Of a stretch of DNA of 64,000 bases, positions 29,298 through 38,990 are shown in pieces. This stretch comes from Thermoprotei archaeon. Its GTDB lineage: Archaea > Thermoproteota > Thermoprotei > Thermoproteales > B15-G16. A program made the position numbers and the translations under genes. Within the stretch, counting starts at the first letter, position 1. Each line of letters starts with the position of its first letter. The stretch covers positions 1 to 64,000 of the forward strand of contig QMRC01000005.1 in the NCBI GenBank assembly GCA_003649205.1. Reading direction: 5' to 3'. The notes beneath the pieces were generated by a model. That model did not search any database, had not been told where the DNA came from, and saw only the letters and a program-made list of their open reading frames with translations.

Positions 29298-29329
29298 AGT
29301 AGCTACCTCAAGTAGTATCCCCTATAAGA

Positions 29330-29725
29330 TTGTTGAAATTAGTATCTAGTGGGATTAATGTCATGAGCTTCGCTACAGCAAGAGAGATCTTGAGATATGC
29401 TATCGAGGAATTGGATAAAGCACTTAGGTTGAATAATGTTTTCCTGTACAGAAATGCAGCGGATAAGGCATTTCTAGCTCTCGTAGTAGCTATCAACACC
29501 TACATCTATCAGAAACTTGGTACAGTACCACAATCGCACAGTGAGAGAAGGAGATTACTCAGGGAGATGGGTAGAGAGGACTTGAGAGCACTCTACAGTG
29601 ACTTAATGAAGACTCTTCATGAAGAGGCTTTCTACGAGGGAATTTACCAACCTGAAGAGGTTAAGTACGCTATCGAGAAGGTAGGGAAACTAATTGATGA
29701 TTTAGAGAGGGAACTATCTAAATGA
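29330..29725 (+). CDS. PaREP1/HEPN-like protein
   Basis: RNAADKAFLA, PQSHSERR, LHEEAFY. Confidence 0.8.
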   Translation: MLKLVSSGINVMSFATAREILRYAIEELDKALRLNNVFLYRNAADKAFLALVVAINTYIYQKLGTVPQSHSERRRLLREMGREDLRALYSDLMKTLHEEAFYEGIYQPEEVKYAIEKVGKLIDDLERELSK

Positions 29726-29731
29726 GGTAAA

Positions 29732-29780
29732 TCAGCTAGTCCTCCCAACATCACTAATCAGAAGGGTGTTTACTCATCAC
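29732..29780 (-). ncRNA. Box C/D sRNA
   Basis: Minus strand: GTGATGA-gtaaacaccctt-CTGA-tta-GTGATGT-tgggaggactag-CTGA. Confidence 0.85.
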
Positions 29781-29825
29781 TGGTAGGTAAGGTACTGAAG
29801 GACGCTAAAAGCTTGAATTACGATC

Positions 29826-30092
29826 CTAGATCTCGATACCAAATGCATCGAAGAACTTCTTAATCCTATCAAACTCCTCAAGGAACTTCACACCCTTAGC
29901 AGTTAGGTGATATACATTACCTCTCTTCACTATTAACCCCTTATCCTCTAACTCTCTAAGATACTTCATCAACCTATCATAGGGCATGTTGGCATCTCTC
30001 ATTAACTCAGTAATCCTTGCACCACCACTACTCCTAATAACCTCTAAGATATCGACCATAATCCTCAACTTAGATCTTCTAGGCTTTCTCAC
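29826..30092 (-). CDS. Winged-helix DNA-binding protein
   Basis: RRSKLRIMVDIL..ITELM..ANMPY..YHLTAKG. Confidence 0.88.
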   Translation of the reverse strand: MRKPRRSKLRIMVDILEVIRSSGGARITELMRDANMPYDRLMKYLRELEDKGLIVKRGNVYHLTAKGVKFLEEFDRIKKFFDAFGIEI

Positions 30093-30714
30093 GTGGAGTC
30101 ACCACGTACAGTATGTAGAGGATGATGAGGAATCCAATGAAGCAGACAACGCGTGACATTACGTAGATGAGAGGTGTTAGAAAGAGTAGAGCAGTTAAAT
30201 GAAGCAGCTGTCCAGTAAGTATGGAAGTAAATGCAAACAATACGAGTAACGATGACCTCTTTTTACTACCAAGGTAAACCATAGCTTGACTGAAGACTAT
30301 GAAGAGAAGTAGCATTAGGTTCACAACACAAATTACAATGTTTACAGATAGGACTAGAGGTATTGCTGTAGGAGCTATTGTTCCAACCTTTGTTCCAACC
30401 TTCTCCTTTAGCACACTACAGTAGCTAACTGATATTAGCACGTAAGCTAGAAGCTCGAAGATAATAGAGACCAAAAAAGCATTAGCAGCTATTAACTTTG
30501 CTAGTGCAATAGTAGGTCTTGAGACAAGAACTGAACTAAGTACTACACCTCGACCAACGAAGCTAGAGGCTAGAACTATGAATCCAATAGAGAATAAGAG
30601 TAGGGAGAACCTACCTGAGAACCTATAGGCCTTCAATGCGTAGTAACCTACGAGAAAAGCAACGATACCTGAACCTATGTCGAATGGTAAAGTCAAGTAG
30701 AGAGGTATACGCAT
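30079..30714 (-). CDS. Multi-pass membrane protein
   Basis: About six TM segments in two similar halves; overlaps the wHTH gene. Confidence 0.75.
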   Translation of the reverse strand: MRIPLYLTLPFDIGSGIVAFLVGYYALKAYRFSGRFSLLLFSIGFIVLASSFVGRGVVLSSVLVSRPTIALAKLIAANAFLVSIIFELLAYVLISVSYCSVLKEKVGTKVGTIAPTAIPLVLSVNIVICVVNLMLLLFIVFSQAMVYLGSKKRSSLLVLFAFTSILTGQLLHLTALLFLTPLIYVMSRVVCFIGFLIILYILYVVTPREKA

Positions 30715-30813
30715 ACTACTGTAGACGTGGTAGTATCGAGTATTTAAGCAACTATAGACGATTAGTGCGCACCACTTATATTTTGAAATAGACGCTAGCT
30801 AACACGTGGTATC

Positions 30814-31557
30814 ATGAAGGTGAAGGAGTTAGGTATTGCGGTAGCACTTGTGACGATTTTCGTAACTATCACGTTAACAGTACCAACACTAGCAATCAGC
30901 ACTACGACAGTAAGTACGGTAAGTGGGTTAAAGCATAGAGTCAAATTCATTAGAGCTAACGTAACTATCATAGAGATCACAGAGAACTACATAGTGGTGA
31001 CCTATGGTGAGCAGGTACTCAACCTAACGACAAGAGGAATGTGGCTTGCAATCTCTAGTGAGAACATAGTCTCAGCTATACCGTGGAGTAAAGCTATGGA
31101 GTATGTCAGAGAGGGTCAGGCGGTAGTAGAAGGAGTAGTCGTTAAGGGGGTAAATGCAACAAGGTCTATACTCCTAGCACTTAAGCAAGGAAGTACGGTA
31201 CTACTGAGACTTAGGTACCTACGTCACTTAGTGAAGAAAGTAGTTCACGATGAGAAGGAGACAACATATAGATTACTAGCTAAGGGAGATAGGTTCATTC
31301 TAGTTGAGAAGAGCATAAGGGGTAGAAAGGTTAAGTTCCTAGCTCATGTAGGTGGTAGATGGTATAGAGCAGGGTACGGCTTCGTGAACTGGACGGATGT
31401 AGTGGATGAGTTCAATATTGGAGATAGGTTGTGGATGTGCGCTGAAGGATACGCGATACTGAGACCAAACATAGCAGGTATAAGAGTCATAATCTTCGGC
31501 TTTAGTGGAGCAATAGTAGATCTCAATACCGGAGTAGCTCTAGTTAAAGTACCGTAA
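30814..31557 (+). CDS. Exported protein with two internally similar beta domains
   Basis: Signal peptide; repeats RGMW..IPWS and GGRW..VNWT. Confidence 0.7.
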   Translation: MKVKELGIAVALVTIFVTITLTVPTLAISTTTVSTVSGLKHRVKFIRANVTIIEITENYIVVTYGEQVLNLTTRGMWLAISSENIVSAIPWSKAMEYVREGQAVVEGVVVKGVNATRSILLALKQGSTVLLRLRYLRHLVKKVVHDEKETTYRLLAKGDRFILVEKSIRGRKVKFLAHVGGRWYRAGYGFVNWTDVVDEFNIGDRLWMCAEGYAILRPNIAGIRVIIFGFSGAIVDLNTGVALVKVP

Positions 31558-31677
31558 ATGCGAAATTCCCAACTATAACCTCACTTTCTCCACTTTTCCC
31601 CTAACAACCTATCCACTACAACTCACCCAAGCTATCAGTAACACAGTTAAGAGTGTTCAATAAATGTCCTCTTTGGG

Positions 31678-32103
31678 GTGTCTTCTGTATTGAGTATTGC
31701 TGAGAAGCTCTTGGAAGAGCTGAGAGCTAGAGAAGATCTTAGGAGAGCACTTGCTGAGGAGTTGCTTCCTGAGATTGTACGGAATAGGAGGTTAAGGACC
31801 ATAATACTTGCTTCAATCTCGCGAGAAGTAGCTACTAAAGAGGATATTAGAGAGCTGAGAGATTACGCCAAGAGACTTGAGGAGAAAATGGTAACTAAGG
31901 AAGATCTAGAGAAGTTGAGGTTAGAGGTAAGGGATCTACGAGACTATATTCATACGAGACTTGAGAGTAGGATTGATGGTTTGGAGCAGAGAGTTGCTAG
32001 ACTTGAGGGTATGATGAGTCTATTCATTAAGCTCTTCATAGCATTCAACGTACCACTACTCATAGCAGTCATAGGAATACTACTCAAAATGATATGGACA
32101 TAG
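31678..32103 (+). CDS. Coiled-coil PaREP-type protein with C-terminal TM
   Basis: VATKEDI/MVTKEDL repeats, heptads, TM tail. Confidence 0.75.
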   Translation: MSSVLSIAEKLLEELRAREDLRRALAEELLPEIVRNRRLRTIILASISREVATKEDIRELRDYAKRLEEKMVTKEDLEKLRLEVRDLRDYIHTRLESRIDGLEQRVARLEGMMSLFIKLFIAFNVPLLIAVIGILLKMIWT

Positions 32104-32109
32104 GGAAAG

Positions 32110-32478
32110 TTAAGTAGCAAACCACCAATCCTCATGAAGAAAATCAACTACAAGACCTAACCTCCTAATCAGCTCATACGACGGAATGACATCTTCCTCA
32201 CCTGGCACTACCACGACATAAGCATCATAGGACCTGACTTCACTACCCTTCTTAACAACTACAGTAACCAAATCATTACCCACAAGAACAACACCATACA
32301 ACCTACCAACAGCAACATACTCCCTAACACCACTAACCTCAATACCCAACTCCCTCGCTACATGAGGAGGCAAAGCGATAACAGGGACATCAGTCTCAAA
32401 ACCAGTATGGAGAAGAGCCAGTACTTGAATCACCTTACCCCTATACCTCAATTCAATAGGAATCCTCAACACAATCAA
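32110..32478 (-). CDS. Clan AA aspartyl-protease-like protein (degenerate)
   Basis: ALLHTGFE at the DTG position; LP..VARELG. Confidence 0.7.
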   Translation of the reverse strand: MIVLRIPIELRYRGKVIQVLALLHTGFETDVPVIALPPHVARELGIEVSGVREYVAVGRLYGVVLVGNDLVTVVVKKGSEVRSYDAYVVVVPGEEDVIPSYELIRRLGLVVDFLHEDWWFAT

Positions 32479-32621
32479 TCACCAGACATGAGAACCAACC
32501 TCACACGACCAAACCTAATAGGCTTACCAACAACCCTACCCTCCTCAAGAAACTTCGAAATCAACCTCCTAAACTCACCCTCAAGAAGAATCCTCTCAAC
32601 AACCTCCTCACTAACAGACAC
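32475..32621 (-). CDS. 48-aa ORF missing from the ORF track, coupled to the aspartyl-protease-like gene
   Basis: GTG start, MSVSEEVVERILLEGEFRRLISKFLEEGRVVGKPIRFGRVRLVLMSGD; stop overlaps the next start. Confidence 0.55.
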   Translation of the reverse strand: MSVSEEVVERILLEGEFRRLISKFLEEGRVVGKPIRFGRVRLVLMSGD

Positions 32622-32653
32622 AAACCACCCACTAAAGTCAACTAGAGTAAGAA

Positions 32654-32938
32654 CTACTTAACCTCAACACCACGAAGACAAGACCTAACCCTCCTAACAA
32701 CATTAACCAAAGCCAAAACAGTAGCCATAGAGTTCAGAACAGTGAATATGGGGTCACTAATCAAGATAGAGTAGAGAGTCAACAGTAAGCTACCTAGAAG
32801 ATACAGAACAGTAAGTCTAAGAGGTGGAGGTGGAGAAGTCAAGGAAGCAGCCCAAGCAATAACAATGAACAATAGCCCAAGTAAACCCACAAACAACATA
32901 TACAACACCCACCTCCAATACAGACCTCGAAAACACAA
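32654..32938 (-). CDS. Small three-TM membrane protein (PQ-loop/SemiSWEET-like topology)
   Basis: Three TM helices; GSLLLTLYS..DPIF..LN. Confidence 0.65.
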   Translation of the reverse strand: MCFRGLYWRWVLYMLFVGLLGLLFIVIAWAASLTSPPPPLRLTVLYLLGSLLLTLYSILISDPIFTVLNSMATVLALVNVVRRVRSCLRGVEVK

Positions 32939-33055
32939 GACCCTAAAAAGACCTCACCGAGATACCGCAAGCAAAGTAGAGCACTTCACAACATAGCACA
33001 ATACTGAATCCATAACCTAACTGACGGGTTAGTTCCCATCAAATAGAAGCTAGGT

Positions 33056-33355
33056 ATGTGTAGTGTCCTCAGTTCGCTACACAAATCGTTACTTGCTGCA
33101 TTCGAAGCTCTTGACTTAGAGAGGAGGTATCCTAGGGAACTCAGTGAGGGTGTAGTTGAGGGAGTTGATGAACTCGAAATCATACTTAATAACCTGGTGG
33201 AGATTATACAGGACAAAGAAGAGATACGTAATTCCATAGATCTTTCTCAAGCATGTAACTCCCTAATGTACTTCTCGTACTTATTGATCAAGGTCTTGAC
33301 TTCATCAGAACTTAGAACTACCGTACCAACCATTAACCATCAACTCTTCACATAA
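33056..33355 (+). CDS. Hypothetical protein
   Basis: 99-aa acidic helical ORF. Confidence 0.5.
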   Translation: MCSVLSSLHKSLLAAFEALDLERRYPRELSEGVVEGVDELEIILNNLVEIIQDKEEIRNSIDLSQACNSLMYFSYLLIKVLTSSELRTTVPTINHQLFT

Positions 33356-33381
33356 TCTAGTTAACTAGATGAGGTAAATTG

Positions 33382-34482
33382 CTAGAATTCCTTGACTACT
33401 TTAACGAGATGTTCTGGCCTATCGGGGTTATAGTTCTTGAGCACAGCTCTGTAGTACGCAACTAGGTATAGTGGAATGATGTAGGTTAACGAGGCGTAGT
33501 ACCTATTTCCTTCCCACGGGATAACTACATCGAAGCTAATGTCTTTAAACTTTTGACTACCACCGTATAGGTTAGAGATGGTTCTCACCTGAAATCCTTT
33601 CTCTACCAGATTTCGATAGAGCCTTATTAGGGCTTCTAATGAGTCATCATTCAACATCGACAGAATAATAACTATGTCCTTCCTTTTTGCTAATGCAATT
33701 GGTCCATGTCTGAATTCTAAGGCGTGCATTGCCTCTGCGTAGCTGTAGGTCATCTCCTTAAATTTCAAGCTAGCTTCCAACATAGATGGGTGCGTGAAGG
33801 TGGTTCCAAGAAAGATGAAGTGTTCTACATGGAGATCCTCTTCTGCAATACTTCTATACCTTTTTTCATCGTCTAGTATTTTCGAAGCGGTGGTAAGTAA
33901 ATTACGTGCGTCCTCTATGATTTTGTCCTTCTCCGTATCTCTCAGTCCTGTCAAGTGAACTGAGAGGAGTATTCCTGCTAATTGCATGGAAACATAGGAT
34001 TTCGTCATAACGAAGCTGTTCTCAAATGCTTTCTCTATCACAATTGAGTAATCGGTTATCTTAGTAAGAGTACTACCCTTAGTACATGTAACTCCAACAG
34101 CTATTGCTCCTTTCTCCTTTGCTCTCTTAACGGCCTCTATTATTTCTCCGGTCTCTCCCGATCTCGAGAATGCTACGACAACCTCTCTACTACCTTCATT
34201 CTTCTTTGAGTAATACCATATGAATTCAGAGGCAGGTACTGCTCTCCCAATATATTCACTAGGTTCAAAAATGAGAGGTAAAATCGCTCCATAAGCAACG
34301 TAGTAGCTACTCCCACACCCGATGTAGTATATCTCACGTGGTTTTCTCTCTTGGAGGTACTCTGCTATCTCTTTGATAGCTGGGATTTTGCCTAGAACTT
34401 CCTCTATTGCAAGAGGAACTTCCTTGATTTCTCTGTAAGTATGTGTGGTCTGTTCGTTGATTTTCACAAATCTCACCACCAA
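33382..34482 (-). CDS. Double-SIS-domain sugar-phosphate isomerase/deaminase (GlmS C-terminal-like)
   Basis: GCGSSY, SRSGET, TKSY, LKFKE, EFRHGP, NPDRPEHLVKVV. Confidence 0.9.
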   Translation of the reverse strand: MVVRFVKINEQTTHTYREIKEVPLAIEEVLGKIPAIKEIAEYLQERKPREIYYIGCGSSYYVAYGAILPLIFEPSEYIGRAVPASEFIWYYSKKNEGSREVVVAFSRSGETGEIIEAVKRAKEKGAIAVGVTCTKGSTLTKITDYSIVIEKAFENSFVMTKSYVSMQLAGILLSVHLTGLRDTEKDKIIEDARNLLTTASKILDDEKRYRSIAEEDLHVEHFIFLGTTFTHPSMLEASLKFKEMTYSYAEAMHALEFRHGPIALAKRKDIVIILSMLNDDSLEALIRLYRNLVEKGFQVRTISNLYGGSQKFKDISFDVVIPWEGNRYYASLTYIIPLYLVAYYRAVLKNYNPDRPEHLVKVVKEF

Positions 34483-35259
34483 TCTCTGTCTACATAACTA
34501 CCATCTATAGTCTATAGTTTTTGTGATTATTCAATTTACTTACTACCCTTCAGTAATTTCATTGCTACAACCTCTTTTGGAGTACTTGCTGTTGTTTTCC
34601 GCACCTCTTCATCTGCTAGAAGCTCTGCAGGTTACTGAAGTATTTATGGAATTGCTTTTCCTGTCGAAAGATGCAAAGACGATTACTGTCTTCACAAGGT
34701 CATTGAGAGACCTTAACTAGATTCTTCAGTACAACAATACTGAACCCAACCTTCAACTCCCAATAGTTCCATAGGAGGAAAATCTTAAATTCTAAGCCAT
34801 CAGCTACAACTGCACACTTCATACAAACTCAGCTAGAGTAGAGTTTAGATCTAAAAGATGTTGCAGCTATAGGGAGGATTGTGGAATTAACTCAGCAACT
34901 ACCTTGAGGTGCTATGTATGGGATTAAGTTAGTAAGTGAGTCATAGGAATTAGCTCTATTTTTAGGTACACGAACTTGGTGTTAAGACCGAGTTTTAACC
35001 TGAGAGCTTTTTGAGTAAGTGATCAGACAGATGTTGCGCTGATGCAATTATGTTGTTTATTTAATTATCTAGCTAGCACCACTACCAGTAGCTCATGAGA
35101 TCCAACCTTGTACTAACTAATGACAGCTTTGTGGTATGATTCTATAGCTTGATCAATATATGGAATTTAAATCCTACTTCTCTAACGATGACCTCGAACT
35201 ATATCCTCACTTATTACCCCCTCATAAAATAATAATAACCCTGAACTTCCATAGAGGCC

Positions 35260-35560
35260 TCACCGTGTTCTACGTTGTAGAGGACCTCTAGTTTTTGTGA
35301 TAAGGTACGTGATCACGGATTCTGCTATGAATACTACCCCTATTCCTAGTGTGAGAGTTCTCCACAGCGCTAACTCCTTCCTAGTAAGTACCAACTCTTC
35401 TCCTCTAACCAGAAGTTCGTAAACACGATCAGTTTCCTCCACAAGAAGTACACCTCGTGGCTCCAGTACTCTAGCTAGACTAGCTGCTAGCTGATTTGAA
35501 GTGCAGTGCTGAGAGATAGAGGTACGAGGTGAAAGCTCTTAAGGTGTCGAGTGCTAGAAA
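35260..35560 (-). pseudogene. Degraded gene remnant, partly class I methyltransferase-like
   Basis: Fragment LAASLARVLEPRGVLLVEETDRVY runs into a TM tail; stops upstream. Confidence 0.4.
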
Positions 35561-35743
35561 GATACTGTGATGAGTCTTTCCAGACTCGATGGGAATAGTA
35601 GGGAGCTACCCCGAGGTTGGGCACACTAGCTCCGTCGCACTGGAGAAACTTGCTGACTTCTCCGTAGCTTCGACTCGCTCAGGTATAGCATAACACCTAC
35701 CACAATGGAGATGGCGCATCACTCGCTCTCCTCATGTAGTTTG

Positions 35744-35796
35744 AGGATTGGTGCTGAGGCCGGGATTTGAACCCGGGACCTTCGGGTTAACAGCCC
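35744..35796 (-). repeat. att-like direct repeat of the tRNA-Asn 3' half
   Basis: 50/53 nt identical to 38763-38815; 39-nt perfect core at 35758-35796. Confidence 0.93.
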
Positions 35797-35996
35797 ACAT
35801 CGATGTTACAAGTGCTACCATCTCAACATTACCATGTTGCTGAAATGAATAGTAGGTTCGTTTAGTGAACTCAATGTACTTGTTAAATGATGCTTAAGCA
35901 GTGAAGTTACTGGAGGGTGTAGTCGTATTTCCTCGATAATTGTGGTTAAGGAGCGTTGAGAAGGTACTTACGGTGGAGAGTACGTATATGTACTAG

Positions 35997-37121
35997 ATGG
36001 AGATAAGTTATGTCACATCAGTAAGTACGCAGTTGAAAAAACATGAAGAGATAGAGTGTAGTGCTGGTGGTAGATATAAGAGGAGGTTAGTAACGTATAG
36101 AGTTCCTCGAAAAGGACTTAGTGGAAAGGTGTTGTACCACGTCAGCTTCAGTCGTGGGGGATACATGTATGTTCGTAGATTAGCAATAGATTATCTGAAT
36201 GTGAATAAGATCAACACGGTGACTGCTAACAGCGTGGGGGGTTCGCGTTTACGAAAATGAATTACTTAGTCTCGTACATAGGTTTGAGATTCTAGATGAT
36301 GAGCTGGCACAGATGATCGAAGATTACAAGAAGTACTTCATAGATATGGTGTATGATGTACGTAACTTCATTAGGTCTAGAGGTATAGAGGTGTACTTCA
36401 CAGGGCGTGCAGCTAGGGTAAGAGAGGCATTAGTGAATGATCCGTACATAGCTCTCTTTGCTATTCTCTCAATGCCGAGTGACGATAGTAGGAAGATGGG
36501 GCTTGAAAATCTTAGGAGGTGGATTCATCAACTCTGGGTAATTGTCAAGGTGTGTGAATTTCTTGGTCTTAGGAAGTCGGAGAAGTGGTATATTGGACAG
36601 AGTTGGGCTGAAGGCACAGTACCATTGGCAAGAGTAGAGACTGAAAAGCTAGGACCTTTATCCATATGGTTTGAAGCTCAGATACATATACCTAGACACT
36701 CAAGAGAAGTGCCTATAGCAGGTTCGAGTAGATGTGGGACACTGAATGACCTTTCAAAGGTGTTGAGCACTTAATGAGGTCATTCTGTGGCGGTGTTGAA
36801 GGTCTTAGACCTGACATAGTGATTGTCAAGGGATACTGCGATAAATTAGATGAAGCTACTAGGCATGAGTCCAAGCTCGTCGTTCTTGAGTGTAAGGATA
36901 GAGATTTCGAGTATTGGAGAAGTGAGTTAAGTACTCAAGTACTGGAGTACGCTAGGTATATTGGTCCTGTAGTTATTGCATCACTTAAGTCCGTACCGGA
37001 AGACATCATCGAGAAGTGGCGAAAGCGAGGTGTAGTCATAGTACCTAATGTAAGACCAGGAAATGAGGGAGGTATACGTCAGCTATGTGAGAAGATAATT
37101 AAGGCAGTACGAGCTTGCTAG
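35997..37121 (+). pseudogene. Probable single PD-(D/E)XK nuclease gene split into ORFs 35997-36260, 36313-36774 and 36774-37121
   Basis: Removing one G from G6 (36236-36241) fuses ORF1 to an open frame leading into ORF2; ORF3 has RPDIVIV...VLECKD. Confidence 0.55.
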
Positions 37122-37316
37122 GATCTATACTCTAGGAGTGTACTATAGTAAAGCTTACACCTTAGAATACTATAATAATTGAATTGCAGAAATGCTTTAA
37201 TACCCCGTGAACTCTTCGGTCTGAACTCATCTTGAGGCTCTGCTAGGGAGTAACGGAAAGTTATATGAGAGTTACATATATCTTTTATTGTTACTGAGAT
37301 CTAGGGAGAGATCAGT

Positions 37317-37979
37317 ATGAGTACTCAAGTTCAAAAGAGAGACCTTAATGAATTGAGAAGGCTTATCGTTGAGTATCTTCTTGCTGAACTCAAAGCTCAA
37401 GGCATTCATCGTCCTGTTTCTCTGAGGAAAGTGCAGAAGCTTCTTGCTCTTGCTCTCTTCGCAAGATACAGAGACGGAAAGTTTGTACTAGAAGTCAGTT
37501 CACTGGCTAAGTTGTTCGACTTCAGAGTTAGCCGATACGGACCTTTCAGCAAGGTTGTTAGTGACATACTGACTAAATATTTCTTAGTTAAGCGTGAGAG
37601 CGATGAAGCTGGAGTCAGTCTTGTAATGACCACAAGGAGTAGAGAGGAGGTCTTACATGATCTTGAGAGTACAGCTGAGAAGCTAGGTCTAACTCGTGAA
37701 GTAAGGGACCTCGTAGAGCGTATCACTGATGCTGTTAAAAGGCGTGGTATGTTCCGTGCAGACACGATAGGATCAGAAGTTGATCGTGTGCTGGGTTTAA
37801 CTCGTGAGCTTAAAATCCTTCTCTTCGATGTTGACATCCTGGATCTACTTGCTGTGAGAGACAAAGCTCTGAGTTCTGAGGCTGAAGTTGAGCTCCGTAC
37901 ATTCTTCGGGGATTTATGCGATAAGCTCAAGGATCCAGAGCTTGTCAGGAAGATGAGGGACTCACTACGTGGTGAGTAG
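37317..37979 (+). CDS. Panacea/DUF4065/YwgA-like winged-helix antitoxin
   Basis: LRKVQKLL...FDF...YGPFSK.V. Confidence 0.65.
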   Translation: MSTQVQKRDLNELRRLIVEYLLAELKAQGIHRPVSLRKVQKLLALALFARYRDGKFVLEVSSLAKLFDFRVSRYGPFSKVVSDILTKYFLVKRESDEAGVSLVMTTRSREEVLHDLESTAEKLGLTREVRDLVERITDAVKRRGMFRADTIGSEVDRVLGLTRELKILLFDVDILDLLAVRDKALSSEAEVELRTFFGDLCDKLKDPELVRKMRDSLRGE

Positions 37980-38631
37980 GACAGCCCCTACACTGACTAT
38001 AGCAATAGTCTTAGACACGTGTATGATAATCGCTGCATCTCCTCAAGATAGACAGAATGTGTACTATCGTCTCCTACAGCACTACATCAACCTTGTCAGC
38101 AAGAGAGGAAGGGTAATTGTTCGAACTTATGTTCCTGAAGCGGTTTACGTTGAAACTCTAATGCTGCTCACGAGTGAACGATGGTACTGCCCGAGGTGTA
38201 GCATCGTTGTTGGTATTCCTGATACCAGGTATTGCCCTCGTTGTGGGTCTCAAAACTTGATCCAGAGCCCACGAATGGGTCACAGAGACGCCATGGAGTT
38301 CATAGAGAGAGCAGTCATGTATCTGACCTGCGGTAAGTTCCCCTATCCTCAGCTCCGAGTTCCCTCTATCTCGGCAGTCCTTCGGGTGATAGAGGAGGAT
38401 CGAGTAGTTCGTGATAGATTCTTCCAAGCCTCTGCAAGAGGTCAACTCCCTCGCTCAATATTTGACCTCTTGATTGCTATGTCAGCAGCCCTCATAGCTC
38501 GTGACCACAGATACCGAACGTGGCTTGTGACACTAGATGAGAAGCTTAGAGATGCCGTCAATGTAATGCGAAGGATCTTTGCTGTCAACAACCTAGTCTA
38601 CTTCAATCCTAAGAATCATTTCAAGATCTGA
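37969..38631 (+). CDS. PIN-domain toxin with inserted zinc ribbon
   Basis: IVLDTC, VPEAVYVE, CPRC-x11-CPRC, SIFDLLI, LVTLDEKL. Confidence 0.8.
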   Translation: MVSRTAPTLTIAIVLDTCMIIAASPQDRQNVYYRLLQHYINLVSKRGRVIVRTYVPEAVYVETLMLLTSERWYCPRCSIVVGIPDTRYCPRCGSQNLIQSPRMGHRDAMEFIERAVMYLTCGKFPYPQLRVPSISAVLRVIEEDRVVRDRFFQASARGQLPRSIFDLLIAMSAALIARDHRYRTWLVTLDEKLRDAVNVMRRIFAVNNLVYFNPKNHFKI

Positions 38632-38767
38632 GTCACGTTCCAATAACATATCATTCTGCAGGTTTTATTAGGGCTCTTTGAGCAGTATTGATGCTGTTCC
38701 CGAGATCCTTGTCTAGCGGCTTGCTGAATGAGAATGCTCCCTTTCTTAAAGACCTTAAATTAAGGAT

Positions 38768-38844
38768 TGGCGCCGGGGCCGGGATTTGAACCCGGGACCT
38801 TCGGGTTAACAGCCCGACGCTCTACCAGGCTGAGCTACCCCGGC
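38768..38844 (-). tRNA. tRNA-Asn(GTT), intronless, CCA encoded
   Basis: Reverse complement GCCGGGGTAGCTCAGCCTGGTAGAGCGTCGGGCTGTTAACCCGAAGGTCCCGGGTTCAAATCCCGGCCCCGGCGCCA folds into a cloverleaf. Confidence 0.98.
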
Positions 38845-38901
38845 TCTCTTGATCTCCTCTATCACCGTATCTTGTCCTCTATTTAATACTTAGCTTCTTG
38901 T

Positions 38902-38951
38902 TCAGCCTAGCACAGCCTCTTCATCTAGTCAGGACCCCTATTCCTCATCAT
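38902..38951 (-). ncRNA. Box C/D sRNA
   Basis: Minus strand: ATGATGA-ggaataggggtc-CTGA-ctag-ATGAAGA-ggctgtgctagg-CTGA. Confidence 0.88.
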
Positions 38952-38990
38952 GTACAGTAGGTGATTTGGTTTCGATGTTTATGTTCTTTC

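Larger units (their letters stand above)
35744..38815. mobile_element. ~3 kb tRNA-Asn-integrated island without a recognisable integrase
   Basis: Flanked by the tRNA-Asn repeat pair; carries nuclease and toxin-antitoxin cargo. Confidence 0.8.

Noticed and set aside
35567-35614. GTGATGA...CCGA candidate sRNA
   Set aside because: No C' box; lies next to a decayed coding remnant
35744-35796. Second tRNA-Asn gene
   Set aside because: Lacks the 5' acceptor strand and D arm; it is an att-type partial repeat
35797-35996. C-terminal fragment of an SSV-type split integrase
   Set aside because: The frame from the att (PGFEPG..) stops within about 15 codons; no R-H-R-Y recombinase motifs seen
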